Made by a program: the position numbers and the translations under genes | The notes under the pieces: generated by a model | Database searches by the model: none | Told to the model about the DNA's origin: nothing | Seen by the model: only the letters and a program-made list of their open reading frames with translations | Shown: in pieces, positions 47,785-57,458 of the stretch | Layout of the letters: each line of letters opens with the position of its first letter | How positions within the stretch are numbered: position 1 is the first letter of the stretch | From: an uncultured Planctomycetota bacterium | Lineage (GTDB): Bacteria; Planctomycetota; Planctomycetia; Gemmatales; Gemmataceae | Assembly (NCBI GenBank): GCA_963849325.1 | Contig: CAWKHF010000012.1 | Coordinates: 960,001 to 1,024,000, forward strand | Direction: 5' to 3' | DNA length: 64,000 bases

Positions 47785-49689
47785 GTGGCCAAGAAGAAAC
47801 CCAACCGCAAGGACAGTCGCTCGCGTCGCCGCCCGCCGAGCACGTCCGGCGCGGCATTCGAGATCCCGGACCCGCGAATGCTGGAGCCCCTGCTGCGGAA
47901 GCTAATGGGCGGCATGGCGGGCGAGGCTGAGGCGGATACGCCGGCCGGCCGGGCGCGGCAACTGCTGGAGGAGGCTTACCAACAGCCCTCTTCGGAGGAG
48001 CGCATCGAGTTGGCCCGGCGGGCGCTGACCGTCGATCCGGATTGTGCCGACGCCTACGTCCTGCTGGCCGAGCATGCCTCCCATCGCAAGGAGGTCGCGG
48101 CGCTCTACGAAAAGGCCATGACGGCGGCCGAGCGAACGCTGGGACCGGAGATCTTCCGCGAAGCGGCCGGAGACTTCTGGGGCATCCTCGAAACGCGGCC
48201 GTACATGCGGGCACGACTGGGCCTGGCTCATGCCCTGTGGACCTCGGGCCGGCAGGAGGAGGCCGTCAACCACGCCTGGGACATGCTGCGCCTCAACCCC
48301 GGCGATAACCAGGGCGTTCGCTACACCCTCGCCGGTTGGCTGCTCAACCTCGACCGCGACGACGACCTGGCCCGCTTGCTGGACCAGTACGAGGACGAGG
48401 GGTCGGCGACGTGGGCGTACACCCTCGCCCTGCTCGCCTTCCGTCGCCACGGCGACACGCCCGAAAACCGCAAGCTGCTCAAGGACGCGAAGAAGACCAA
48501 CAAGCACGTCCCCGACTATCTGCTGGGTCAGAAGCGCCTCCCCGACCGTCCGCCCGCGTCCTACTCGCCGGGCGCGGCGAGTGAGGCGATCGAATACGCC
48601 GGCAGCTTCCTGGCGCCGTGGCGGCTCACGGCCGGCGCGCTGGACTGGCTGCGCGAGACGACAAGCACGCGGAAGAAACGGACGACCACTCCGCGAGGAC
48701 CGACGCCGCTGCTCGTGGCGCGGCTGAAACGTCTGCCGCGGCGCAGCGACACCTGGCAGGCCGATTGCCGTCCGCTGCCGACGTTCATCAAGGACGGAAG
48801 CGGCCCGCCCGTGCGGCCGTGGATCATTCTGGTCGTCAGCGTCGGGCAAGAACTCATCCTGGGCCAGCGACTCATCGAAGAACAGCCCACCTCCGAGCAA
48901 CTGTGGGACGCGCTGGCGGAAGCCATGCAAAAGCCCCTCATGGGCGACAAGCAGCGGCCCTCCGAACTGCAGGTACGCGCCGGCGTCGGCTGGGAAGACT
49001 TGCATTCGACGCTCGAAGACCTTGGCATCCGCCCGGTGACGGAAGAAACGCTGCGACCGATCGACACCATCGTCGGCCACCTGGCGCAGTCGGTGGGCGG
49101 CGAGCCGCCGGGCCTCGTGGAGGTCCCCGGCGTGACGCTGGAACAGATAGGCCGGTTTTACGAGGCGGCCGCCGAGTTCTACCAGCAGGCGCCGTGGCGC
49201 CGACTCGGTTACGAGAACGCCGTCCGCATCGAGTGCCCGGCGATCGAGGGTGGTCCCTGGTTCGCCGTCCTCATGGGACAGTCCGGTCTGACGATGGGCG
49301 TGGCCCTCTATGAAGACCTGAACCTCCTGAAGCGCCTGTGGGCCGACGACCTTTCCGACGAGGAAAACGCCGAGCTGAGTGTGGCGACGACCGTCACGTT
49401 TGGCGATGCGGACGAAATCCCCCTGACGGAGTTGGAGGCAGGCCGGCAGCACGGCTGGCGCGTAGCCCGCCCGGACGCCTACCCGTCGATTTTCCACAAG
49501 GATCGCGGCCTGTCGATGCGTCCGCCCACGACGCAGGAGCTGGAGTTGGCGGAGGCGTGCCTGCGCGCCCTGCCCGGTTTCGTCAAGCGGCGCCGCCAGG
49601 ACGACACCACGCCGGAGGACATCACCGTGCCCACGGCGGTGGGGGAGCGGACCCTGACGCTATCGTGGGTGCAGACGGAAGGAACGTAA
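47785..49689 (+). CDS. TPR-containing hypothetical protein with two C-terminal domains of unknown function
   Basis: DPDCADAYVLLAE, ETRPYMRARLGLA and LRLNPGDNQGVRY; intact 634 aa ORF with GGAG RBS. Confidence 0.8.
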   Translation: MAKKKPNRKDSRSRRRPPSTSGAAFEIPDPRMLEPLLRKLMGGMAGEAEADTPAGRARQLLEEAYQQPSSEERIELARRALTVDPDCADAYVLLAEHASHRKEVAALYEKAMTAAERTLGPEIFREAAGDFWGILETRPYMRARLGLAHALWTSGRQEEAVNHAWDMLRLNPGDNQGVRYTLAGWLLNLDRDDDLARLLDQYEDEGSATWAYTLALLAFRRHGDTPENRKLLKDAKKTNKHVPDYLLGQKRLPDRPPASYSPGAASEAIEYAGSFLAPWRLTAGALDWLRETTSTRKKRTTTPRGPTPLLVARLKRLPRRSDTWQADCRPLPTFIKDGSGPPVRPWIILVVSVGQELILGQRLIEEQPTSEQLWDALAEAMQKPLMGDKQRPSELQVRAGVGWEDLHSTLEDLGIRPVTEETLRPIDTIVGHLAQSVGGEPPGLVEVPGVTLEQIGRFYEAAAEFYQQAPWRRLGYENAVRIECPAIEGGPWFAVLMGQSGLTMGVALYEDLNLLKRLWADDLSDEENAELSVATTVTFGDADEIPLTELEAGRQHGWRVARPDAYPSIFHKDRGLSMRPPTTQELELAEACLRALPGFVKRRRQDDTTPEDITVPTAVGERTLTLSWVQTEGT

Positions 49690-49699
49690 AGGTGCCGTC

Positions 49700-51691
49700 A
49701 TGACGATCCCTGCCTGCTCGGCGAGGTCCATCCTCGTCGTTTGTTTGCTCGTGGGTCTGTCCCCCGCGACGTGCGAGGCGAAAGAATCGCCGGCCGAATG
49801 GACGAAGGCCGAGCGTCAACCACCGCCGACAGCGGCGGAAACCCGCGCTTTCATGAAACGCCTGCTCCAGTACGTCCACGACCACCATCTCAAGAAGGAC
49901 GATAAGTCGGAACAGCGTGGCATGGTCTACGAATACTTCGACACCACTCGCGCCGGTTCGTTCGATCAGTGGGTGCAGGGCGAAGCGCTGGACACGATGC
50001 ACGACGGCGCCTGGCTGGCCGCCGCGATGGTCAACGCCTACCGCGCGACCGGCGAGGCCGCTTACAAGGAGTTCCTCATCCGCTGGCAGCTGCCATTCTA
50101 TGGCAAGATGCTCAATCACAGCGACCGGCTCTTCTCCGCCAAGCGTAATGACGGCCGGCCGGGAGCGCACCACTTCGACCGCGAACACGCCTTCCAAGAA
50201 GGAGAAAAAGGTTTCGTGCCCTACTGGTGGGACGACGGCGCCTCGGTCAGTCTCGAACGCCGGCGCGAGCGGAACGCGCTGGGTCCGTTCGCCTGCACCG
50301 ACCGGCTCGCCGGCAAGCCCAACGCCAAGTTTCTCCTCGACGGCTACTCGCACGGCTCCTCCAATCACATGGCCCAGGATCTTGGCGTCATGCTGGAGCT
50401 GGCTTGGCTGCTGTTGCGTGACGCGAAGGAACCCGCCGAGAAGAAGCTCGCCGCGGAAATGGCCGAGGCCGCGAAGAACCTGCACGAGTGCCGCATGCGC
50501 CACCACGGTCCCATCCCCATGTGCGACGCCCCCGCCGCCCTCGCCCTCGGCGATGCCGCCCTCCTGAAGTTCGTCCCCGATGCAAACAACGCCGCGAAGC
50601 TCGACAATCACTATTCCCGTGCCCTGTACGATTTCAAACCCGGCCAGCGGCAGGCGTTCCCCGGTTTCGCCGACGAACAGGAGTATCATTATTACTTCGG
50701 CATCGCCCGTCACGGCGGACAATTGCCGCGCCCGCTCGCCTTCCGCATGATCTATGATGCCTACACGGAACCTCTGCTTTATCGCTATTACTCCGATGAT
50801 GCTGATGTGCCGGCGGGGATCAATCGCTTCGATCTGCACCTCTATTTCGCCGTGGACGGCCGGCTGCTCGATTATCGCTCTGATCGCAAGGGACCGGGTG
50901 GCAAGCCGCGACCCATCGGCTCGCGCATGGGTCCGCAAAACATGATCTGCTGCGGCTGGGCGTTGCAAGCGCTGCGGGCCTATCCGGGCATCTGGGAGGA
51001 ACGCTGCCGCCGCGATTTCTCCAAGGACGTGCGCGTGTACCTCGATGATCGGCTGCCGGGCGGCTCCCTCGACACCGCGCCGGCGGCGACCCTGCAGCTT
51101 GGTCCCGCGAAGCTGGATTTGCTCGGTACACGGAACGCCCTGCGCATCAAGGGGCAGGTCCAGGGCGACGCTGTCACCCTCCAGCTATTCAGCCGGCCCG
51201 ACGGCCAGGGTAGTCACGCCGTCGTGAGTCTGCGCAAAGACAGGATCAATCAGGCCGTCAACGACCGCGGCGAAACGCTGCACGCCCGGATCGACATCAC
51301 TCCTACGGACGACGGCTTCCGGTTCGAGCTAGAGCTGCCTTACGGCGTCGTCAAGGGGCAGAAGTTCTGGGCCAACGGCATCGAGCACGGCCGGTATTCC
51401 GTGCAGGCGGGAGAGGAGCGGCGGAATTTCTACCTCGCCAGTCCCGAGAAGCAGGTGAAGGCGCGGCTGGAGCACGAATTGGCCGGCGGTCTGCGCACCT
51501 GGGAGGCGATTTTCAACCAGTTCGGTTACATTCCGACCGGGATCGGGGCCGGCGCGGACTGGGACCGTTTCTCCGACAGCGGCGGTTATGCTCACCTGCT
51601 CGGCGCGGCGGCGCAGTGGCTGTTCGTGCTGGACGGCAAGAGAGATTGGCAACAGCATGGCATTCCGGCGCTGCGCCCATCCGGCAAGTAA
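49700..51691 (+). CDS. Exported hypothetical protein (possibly alpha/alpha-toroid, glycosidase-like)
   Basis: Signal peptide, intact 663 aa ORF and 'DGAWLAAAMVNAYRATGEAAY' motif. Confidence 0.7.
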   Translation: MTIPACSARSILVVCLLVGLSPATCEAKESPAEWTKAERQPPPTAAETRAFMKRLLQYVHDHHLKKDDKSEQRGMVYEYFDTTRAGSFDQWVQGEALDTMHDGAWLAAAMVNAYRATGEAAYKEFLIRWQLPFYGKMLNHSDRLFSAKRNDGRPGAHHFDREHAFQEGEKGFVPYWWDDGASVSLERRRERNALGPFACTDRLAGKPNAKFLLDGYSHGSSNHMAQDLGVMLELAWLLLRDAKEPAEKKLAAEMAEAAKNLHECRMRHHGPIPMCDAPAALALGDAALLKFVPDANNAAKLDNHYSRALYDFKPGQRQAFPGFADEQEYHYYFGIARHGGQLPRPLAFRMIYDAYTEPLLYRYYSDDADVPAGINRFDLHLYFAVDGRLLDYRSDRKGPGGKPRPIGSRMGPQNMICCGWALQALRAYPGIWEERCRRDFSKDVRVYLDDRLPGGSLDTAPAATLQLGPAKLDLLGTRNALRIKGQVQGDAVTLQLFSRPDGQGSHAVVSLRKDRINQAVNDRGETLHARIDITPTDDGFRFELELPYGVVKGQKFWANGIEHGRYSVQAGEERRNFYLASPEKQVKARLEHELAGGLRTWEAIFNQFGYIPTGIGAGADWDRFSDSGGYAHLLGAAAQWLFVLDGKRDWQQHGIPALRPSGK

Positions 51692-51809
51692 GATCCTCCA
51701 CCACGGATAACACGGATAACACGGATAAGAAAAGCAGAGAGACAACGGTCCATCCACTATCGGTATTTTCCTATCCGTTTTATCCGTGTTATCCGTGGTG
51801 GAGGATCTT
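51690..51809. repeat. Inverted element built from 3 x 9-mer (CACGGATAA)
   Basis: AAGATCCTCCAC(CACGGATAA)3 ... TATCCGTTTTATCCGTGTTATCCGTGGTGGAGGATCTT. Confidence 0.9.
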
Positions 51810-51840
51810 TCTTGACGGAGTAATATTTGGGACGGTCCCA

Positions 51841-52344
51841 TCACTCCGTGATGCCCGGAGAGGTTACGTCCAGTTCGCCGGAGCGGTGGAGGAAGACGAA
51901 TGGTTGATTGCCAATGCGAATCTCGTCGCCGGACTGGAGAGGAGTAGGGCCGGACAGGCGGGCGCCGTTGAGGTACGTCCCGTTCTTCGACGCCGTGTCG
52001 TGCAGCTCGCAGCGGTTGTTGACGTGAACCAGGATGGCACAGTGACGGCGCGACGCATGGGCGTCCTCGACCACCACGTCGTTGTCGCCGGATCGACCGA
52101 GTGTGTTGACACCGACCGAAAGAGGATAGAGGAAATCTCCGTCCAGCAGCCAGCACGTAAACGTGCTTTCGGCCGTACCATCTTGCCTGGGGATGAGGGT
52201 GTGTCCGAAGGAGCGCGAATCGCCGTCGCGGCCGGCGCCGATCGTTTGACAGCCGCGACCGCGCAGCAAGTCGTCCCGGGCGCGGCGATACTCCTGGCGC
52301 CGCGCCGGCTCCAGATGCACACTATTCAGGCGAGGGTCGGCCAT
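51841..52344 (-). CDS. FHA domain protein
   Basis: LGRSGDND...ASRRHC...SKNGTYLNG...GDEIRIG. Confidence 0.93.
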   Translation of the reverse strand: MADPRLNSVHLEPARRQEYRRARDDLLRGRGCQTIGAGRDGDSRSFGHTLIPRQDGTAESTFTCWLLDGDFLYPLSVGVNTLGRSGDNDVVVEDAHASRRHCAILVHVNNRCELHDTASKNGTYLNGARLSGPTPLQSGDEIRIGNQPFVFLHRSGELDVTSPGITE

Positions 52345-52497
52345 GACGGAGGTTGCCTGGACGATTCGAGAAGAGTTTTCGCGTACTCTCCCTCCAATGC
52401 TAGTCCGATCTCTCCCGCCGTCAACAAAAAAAGAAGAGAAAGAGCGAAAAGAGAGATAAGAAAGAGTGCCGCCGGCCGCAAGGAGAGAAAAGGCCCC

Positions 52498-52986
52498 CTA
52501 CGAGGTCGAGGAGATGTCGAGGATCTCGTAGCGCAGATTGCCGCGCGGCACCTTGATGATGGCGATGTCGCCGCACTTCTTGCCGAGCAGACCCTGGCCG
52601 CGCGGGCTGGTGGTGAGGATCTTGTTGTTGTCGTAATCTTCCTCGCCGGGACCGACCAGATCGTAAACCTCTTCCTCGCCGGAGTCGAGATCCTTGATGC
52701 GCACGCGCGTGCCGAAGACGACGGTATCGGAGGGCAGGCTGCTGCGATCGACGATGTAGGCGCGGGCCAGCTTGTCCTTGAGAGCATCAATGCGCGCTTG
52801 CAACATGCCCTGGTCCTCGCGGGCAGCGTGGTACTCGGCGTTCTCGCTGAGGTCGCCCATCTCGCGGGCGGTGGCGATGCGCTTGGCGACCTCCAACATC
52901 TCCACGTGCTGCATGCGGTCCAGGTCGGCCTTGAGCTTCTCGTAGCCTTCTCTCGTCATCGGGACGCGATCGTTCGGCATGGCCAT
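52498..52986 (-). CDS. greA: Transcription elongation factor GreA
   Basis: AREMGDLSENAEYHAARE and SPRGQGLLGK. Confidence 0.96.
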   Translation of the reverse strand: MAMPNDRVPMTREGYEKLKADLDRMQHVEMLEVAKRIATAREMGDLSENAEYHAAREDQGMLQARIDALKDKLARAYIVDRSSLPSDTVVFGTRVRIKDLDSGEEEVYDLVGPGEEDYDNNKILTTSPRGQGLLGKKCGDIAIIKVPRGNLRYEILDISSTS

Positions 52987-53091
52987 TCGTTCCTGTTCAA
53001 AAGGCGTCCAGTCACGGGGCACGACGCGCCCCAACGACACAGAAATATCTTGGCTCTCCGCCTTCGGCTTGTAAAGGTCGATTCGCCGTCC

Positions 53092-54175
53092 TCACGGCGT
53101 CCAATCCATCTGCGGCGTGACTGTCAGGCAGAACTCCGCCAGCAGCCGAGCGGCGCGGTCGAGGTCATCAAGGCAGACTACCTCAACCGGGCTGTGCATG
53201 TAGCGATTGGGAATGCTGACCAGGGCGGTCGCCACGCCCTCGCGGCAAAGCTGGATGGCGTTGGCGTCGGTGCCGGTGGCGCGCGGCGCTCCACGCACCT
53301 GTACCGGGATGTCATGTTGTTTGGCCGTCTCCTCCAAGCGCTCCAGCACGCGCGGATTGATGTTCGGTCCACGGAAGAGCACGGGACCATTGCCCAGGCG
53401 CACGTCGCCCAGCTGTTTCTTGTCGTTGCCCGGCGTGTCGGTGGCGTGGGTCACGTCCACGGCGATGCCCACCGTTGGGTGAATGCCGTAACTGCTGGTG
53501 TGCGCCCCGCGCAGGCCGATCTCTTCCTGCACAGTGGACACGCAGAAGACGGCGGCGTGCAGCGGTTGGCCGTGCAGCAGCCGCAGTGCCTCCATCACCG
53601 TCCACAGGCCAACCTTGTCGTCCATGCCGGGAGAGACGGCCAGCCCGTTCCGCAGCGGTCGATAACCCAGGGCGAACGTCACCGGATCGCCGGACGTCAC
53701 CAATTCCTCGGCCTCCTTGCGATCGCGGACGCCGATGTCCACCCAGACCTCGGTGAAAGGCCGGCACCTTGTTGCGCTCCTCGCTGGTCATCAGGTGCGG
53801 CGCCCGACGGGACACGACGCCGGCGACCGCTCCCTGGCGCGTCCACACGGTCAGGTTCTGGCCGAGCAGGATCTGCATGTCCCAGCCGCCGATCGGCTGC
53901 ACGTACAGGAAACCGTTGTCGTCGATGTGCTGCACCATCAGGCCGATCTGATCGCAATGGCCGGCCAGCATGATGCGCGGCGGCCGATCGCCCGTCGCGG
54001 CGTGCTCGCCACTGGGATGGCGGATGGCCAGGACGTTGCCGTGACGGTCGGTGCGCACCTCGTCGGCGTAGTCGCGCGCCCAGGCACGCACCACGTCCTG
54101 CACAGGCCGTTCGTAGCCGGAAGGACTGGGGGTTTCGAGAAGTTGTTGAAGGAAGGCGTGGGAGTGCTCGTGCAT
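53092..54175 (-). CDS. M42 family metallo-aminopeptidase; frameshift near 53760
   Basis: SPSGYE, AGHCDQIG, DDKVG, QEEIGLRGA, DVTHATD and RYMHSPVE. Confidence 0.93.
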
Positions 54176-54340
54176 TCCGGAATGATCTCCTGAAGTTTCG
54201 CCGCTTGCGCTCAGCGCTAAGCCGCCAGCGGCCATTCGCGTTCATTGTATCTCGCCATCTCCAGTCCGTCTTTTTCCTTTACCGCCTCTTCGGGTATATT
54301 GCCGAGAGAGGTCGGACCCACACCCTTAGGCTAACCCACC

Positions 54341-56172
54341 ATGTTCCTCTTGACCTTCGACTTCGACGTGGTCGTCGTCGGCGCCGGCCACGCCGGCATC
54401 GAGGCGGCCCTGGCCGCCGCCCGGCTCGGCCTGCGCACCGCGCTGTTGACCATGAACGCCGACGCCGTGGCGCAGATGAGCTGCAACCCGGCCATCGGCG
54501 GCGTCGCCAAGGGCCAGATCGTCCGCGAGATCGACGCCCTCGGCGGCGAGATGGGCAAGGTGATCGACGCCAGCGCCATCCAGTTTCGCATGCTCAACCG
54601 CACCAAGGGGCCGGCCATGCACTCGCCGCGCGCCCAGGCGGACAAGAAGCTGTACCAGTTCACCATGAAGCACCGCGTCGAGGCGCAGCCGAACCTGACG
54701 CTGCGCCAGGAGATGGTCGAAGGACTGGTACTGACGAAGCAGGCGGCGACGGAAGCGGCGTACCGCGTGGACGGCGTCGTCGCCCGCGGCGAGACGCTCT
54801 ATCGCGCCAAGGCGGTGGTGCTGACGACCGGCACCTTCCTCAAGGCGATCATGCACACCGGCGAGGCCAAGACGCGCGGCGGCCGCGCCGGCGACGGCAC
54901 CGCCGAGGCGCTCAGCGACAGCCTCGCCGGCTGCGGTTTCGAGCTGGCCCGCTTCAAGACCGGCACCCCCTGCCGCCTCAACGGCCGGACCATCGACTTC
55001 GTCCAGACGCGAGCGCCAGCCCGGCGACGACGAGCCGCGGCCGTTCAGCTTCGCCACCGAGCGCATCACCCAGCCGCAGATGGATTGCCACATCACCTAC
55101 ACCAACGAGGCCGTCCACGACCTCATCCGCGCCAACCTGCACCGGGCGCCGATGTACTCCGGCCAGATCCACGGCCGCGGGCCGCGCTACTGTCCCTCCG
55201 TCGAGGACAAGGTCGTCCGCTTCGCCGACAAGGACCGCCACCAGATCTTCCTCGAACCGGAAGGCCGCAACACTCTGGAGTATTACTGCAACGGCATCAG
55301 CACCAGCCTGCCCAAGGACGTGCAGCAGGGGATGCTCCGCCTCATCCCCGGCCTGGAGAACGCCGAGGTGCTGCGCTGGGGCTACGCCGTCGAGTACGAC
55401 TACGCCCCGCCGACGCAGCTGCAGCCGACGCTGGAGACGAAGCCCGTCGCCGGCCTGTACTTCGCCGGCCAGATCAACGGCACGACCGGCTACGAGGAGG
55501 CCGCCGCCCAGGGACTGATGGCCGGCATCAACGCCGCCCTGAAGATCAAGGGCGAACCGCCGCTGGTCCTCGACCGCAGCCAGGCGTACATCGGCGTCCT
55601 CATCGACGACCTCGTGACCAAGGGCGTCGATGAGCCGTACCGCATGTTCACCAGCCGGGCCGAGTACCGCCTGCTGCTGCGGCACGACAACGCCGACCGC
55701 CGCCTGACGCCGCTGGGCCGCCGCGTCGGCCTGGTAACGGACGAGGCCTGGGACCGCTTGCAGCGCAAGGAGTCGCCATCGCCGACGCTGACGGATTACC
55801 TTGCAGGGCCATCGGCACGGCGACGCCACGCTGGAACAGTGGCTGCGCCGCACCGAAGTCGATTGGCCGCGAATCGTCGCCATGGAGCCAGGCGTGCAAG
55901 CACTGGGTACGCCGCTCGACGCTCTGGAACAGGTGGTGCTGGAGGCGAAGTATTCCGGCTACATCCACCGGCAGGCGGAGCAGGTCGAGCGGTTTCAGCG
56001 GCTGGAGTCGCGGCCGATCCCGGCCCACTTCGATTACGCGGCCGTGCCGCAGCTCCGTGCCGAGGCCCGCGAGAAGCTCGGCCGCGTTCGTCCCGCGAAT
56101 CTCGGCCAGGCCAGCCGCATCAGCGGCATCAGTCCGGCCGACCTGGCGGTCCTGCTGATCTATCTGGATTGA
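54341..56172 (+). CDS. mnmG: tRNA uridine-5-carboxymethylaminomethyl(34) synthesis enzyme; frameshifted
   Basis: [47 protein letters not shown] and [11 protein letters not shown]. Confidence 0.97.
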
Positions 56173-56433
56173 CAGGTGGTCGAGGTCTTGCGGTCTCGGA
56201 CCTGGCCGGAGCCGGCAATCTGGAGAAGAGGACGCAATGGGCGAGCCTTGGCGCTCCGATAAAGAGAGAGAAGCAAATGCGAGAACCAAAGAGAGAAGGG
56301 CTGGATAAAGTAGTGGGATCGTGGAATAATAGCAGAAAGGAGAACTTTTACCGTCTGCGTAGGATTTGCGTGTTGTGCGGAGGAAGTACGGGTAATCTAA
56401 GGGGTTAGAGCGAAGGCTGAGGGACGATTCGCG

Positions 56434-56461
56434 TTGACACGCTTCACAAGTTGGTTATAAT
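56434..56461 (+). promoter_or_regulatory. Consensus sigma70 promoter
   Basis: TTGACA (56434-56439), 16-nt spacer, TATAAT (56456-56461) in an intergenic region of a GC-rich genome. Confidence 0.8.
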
Positions 56462-56785
56462 CGCGGTTGTTGGCAAGATTGGCAATCCCCCTCCGGACTG
56501 AATCGGCACCAATCGTACGCGGGGTGGCTCAAGGCCACGGGTTCACACCTTGAGGAAACGGGCGCCGAGTCTATCGTTCGCTGACGCAAGTCGGCGGACG
56601 GTTGAACCAATCAACCACGACTACCGAGAACAACGCGCTGGCGGATCCGGCACGGACCGTGGCGTTGCTTGACGGATGGGCAAGAGGCAGATCAGGGATG
56701 ATACCGGCCTCTGGGCCTCTACGGAAAGAGGCCCGGGACTCCACTCGTGCGACTGGCCATGCGCCAGTAAGGGATGGATGAACGC

Positions 56786-57370
56786 ATGAAAACTGTTTTC
56801 ACGACCGGCGAAGCCGCCAAAATCTGCAAGGTCAGTCAGCAGACCATCATCCGTTGCTTCGACAACGGACAGCTCAAGGGCTTCCGCGTGCCCGGCTCGC
56901 GCTTCCGGCGCATCCCGCGCGAGGCTCTGTACAAGTTCATGAAGGACAACGGCATCCCGACCGACGCCCTGGAGAGCGGCAAGCGCAAGGTGCTGCTCGT
57001 GGACGACGACGCCGAGTTGGTCGATCTGATGACCAAGGTCCTCGACGAGGACGGCCGTTTCGAGGTGCGCATCGCCTCCAACGGCTTCGACGCCGGCATG
57101 ATGGTCAAGGAGTATCGTCCCGACATCATCGTCCTGGACGTGATGCTGCCGGACATCAACGGCAAGGAAGTCTGCCACCGCGTCCGCGCCGACACGACCC
57201 TGGAAGACGTGCGCATCCTGTGCATCACCGGCATGATCGAGGAAGACAAGATCCAGGAACTGCGCCTGGCCGGCGCCGACAAGTTCCTGCACAAGCCGTT
57301 CGACATCGAAGAGCTGATCGACGAGATGTGCGCGTTGCTGGAGATCGAGCCGGCCTCGACGCCGGCCTAG
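56786..57370 (+). CDS. Excisionase-like HTH plus canonical receiver response regulator
   Basis: VFTTGEAAKICKVSQQTIIRCFD; KVLLVDDD, VLDVMLPD, CITG and HKPFD. Confidence 0.93.
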   Translation: MKTVFTTGEAAKICKVSQQTIIRCFDNGQLKGFRVPGSRFRRIPREALYKFMKDNGIPTDALESGKRKVLLVDDDAELVDLMTKVLDEDGRFEVRIASNGFDAGMMVKEYRPDIIVLDVMLPDINGKEVCHRVRADTTLEDVRILCITGMIEEDKIQELRLAGADKFLHKPFDIEELIDEMCALLEIEPASTPA

Positions 57371-57386
57371 AAGCGATTTCCTGACC

Positions 57387-57451
57387 CTGAGCGGGGGGGC
57401 GTCAGCCCCCTGAGCGGATCGAACCTCAGGGGGCTGACGCCCCCCGCTCAG
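57387..57451. repeat. REP-like palindrome, family B (GTCAG variant)
   Basis: CTGAGCGGGGGGGCGTCAGCCCCCTGAG...CTCAGGGGGCTGACGCCCCCCGCTCAG. Confidence 0.88.
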
Positions 57452-57458
57452 AGTTCCC

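Noticed and set aside
52424..52495. Purine-rich tract downstream of greA (similar tract at 56250-56345)
   Set aside because: No repeat unit or partner arm; probably terminator-associated or ordinary low-complexity spacer.
51616..53973. Long antisense or alternate-frame ORFs (e.g. 785 aa here and 716 aa at 28079-30229)
   Set aside because: These are shadow ORFs opposite well-supported genes, expected at high GC.
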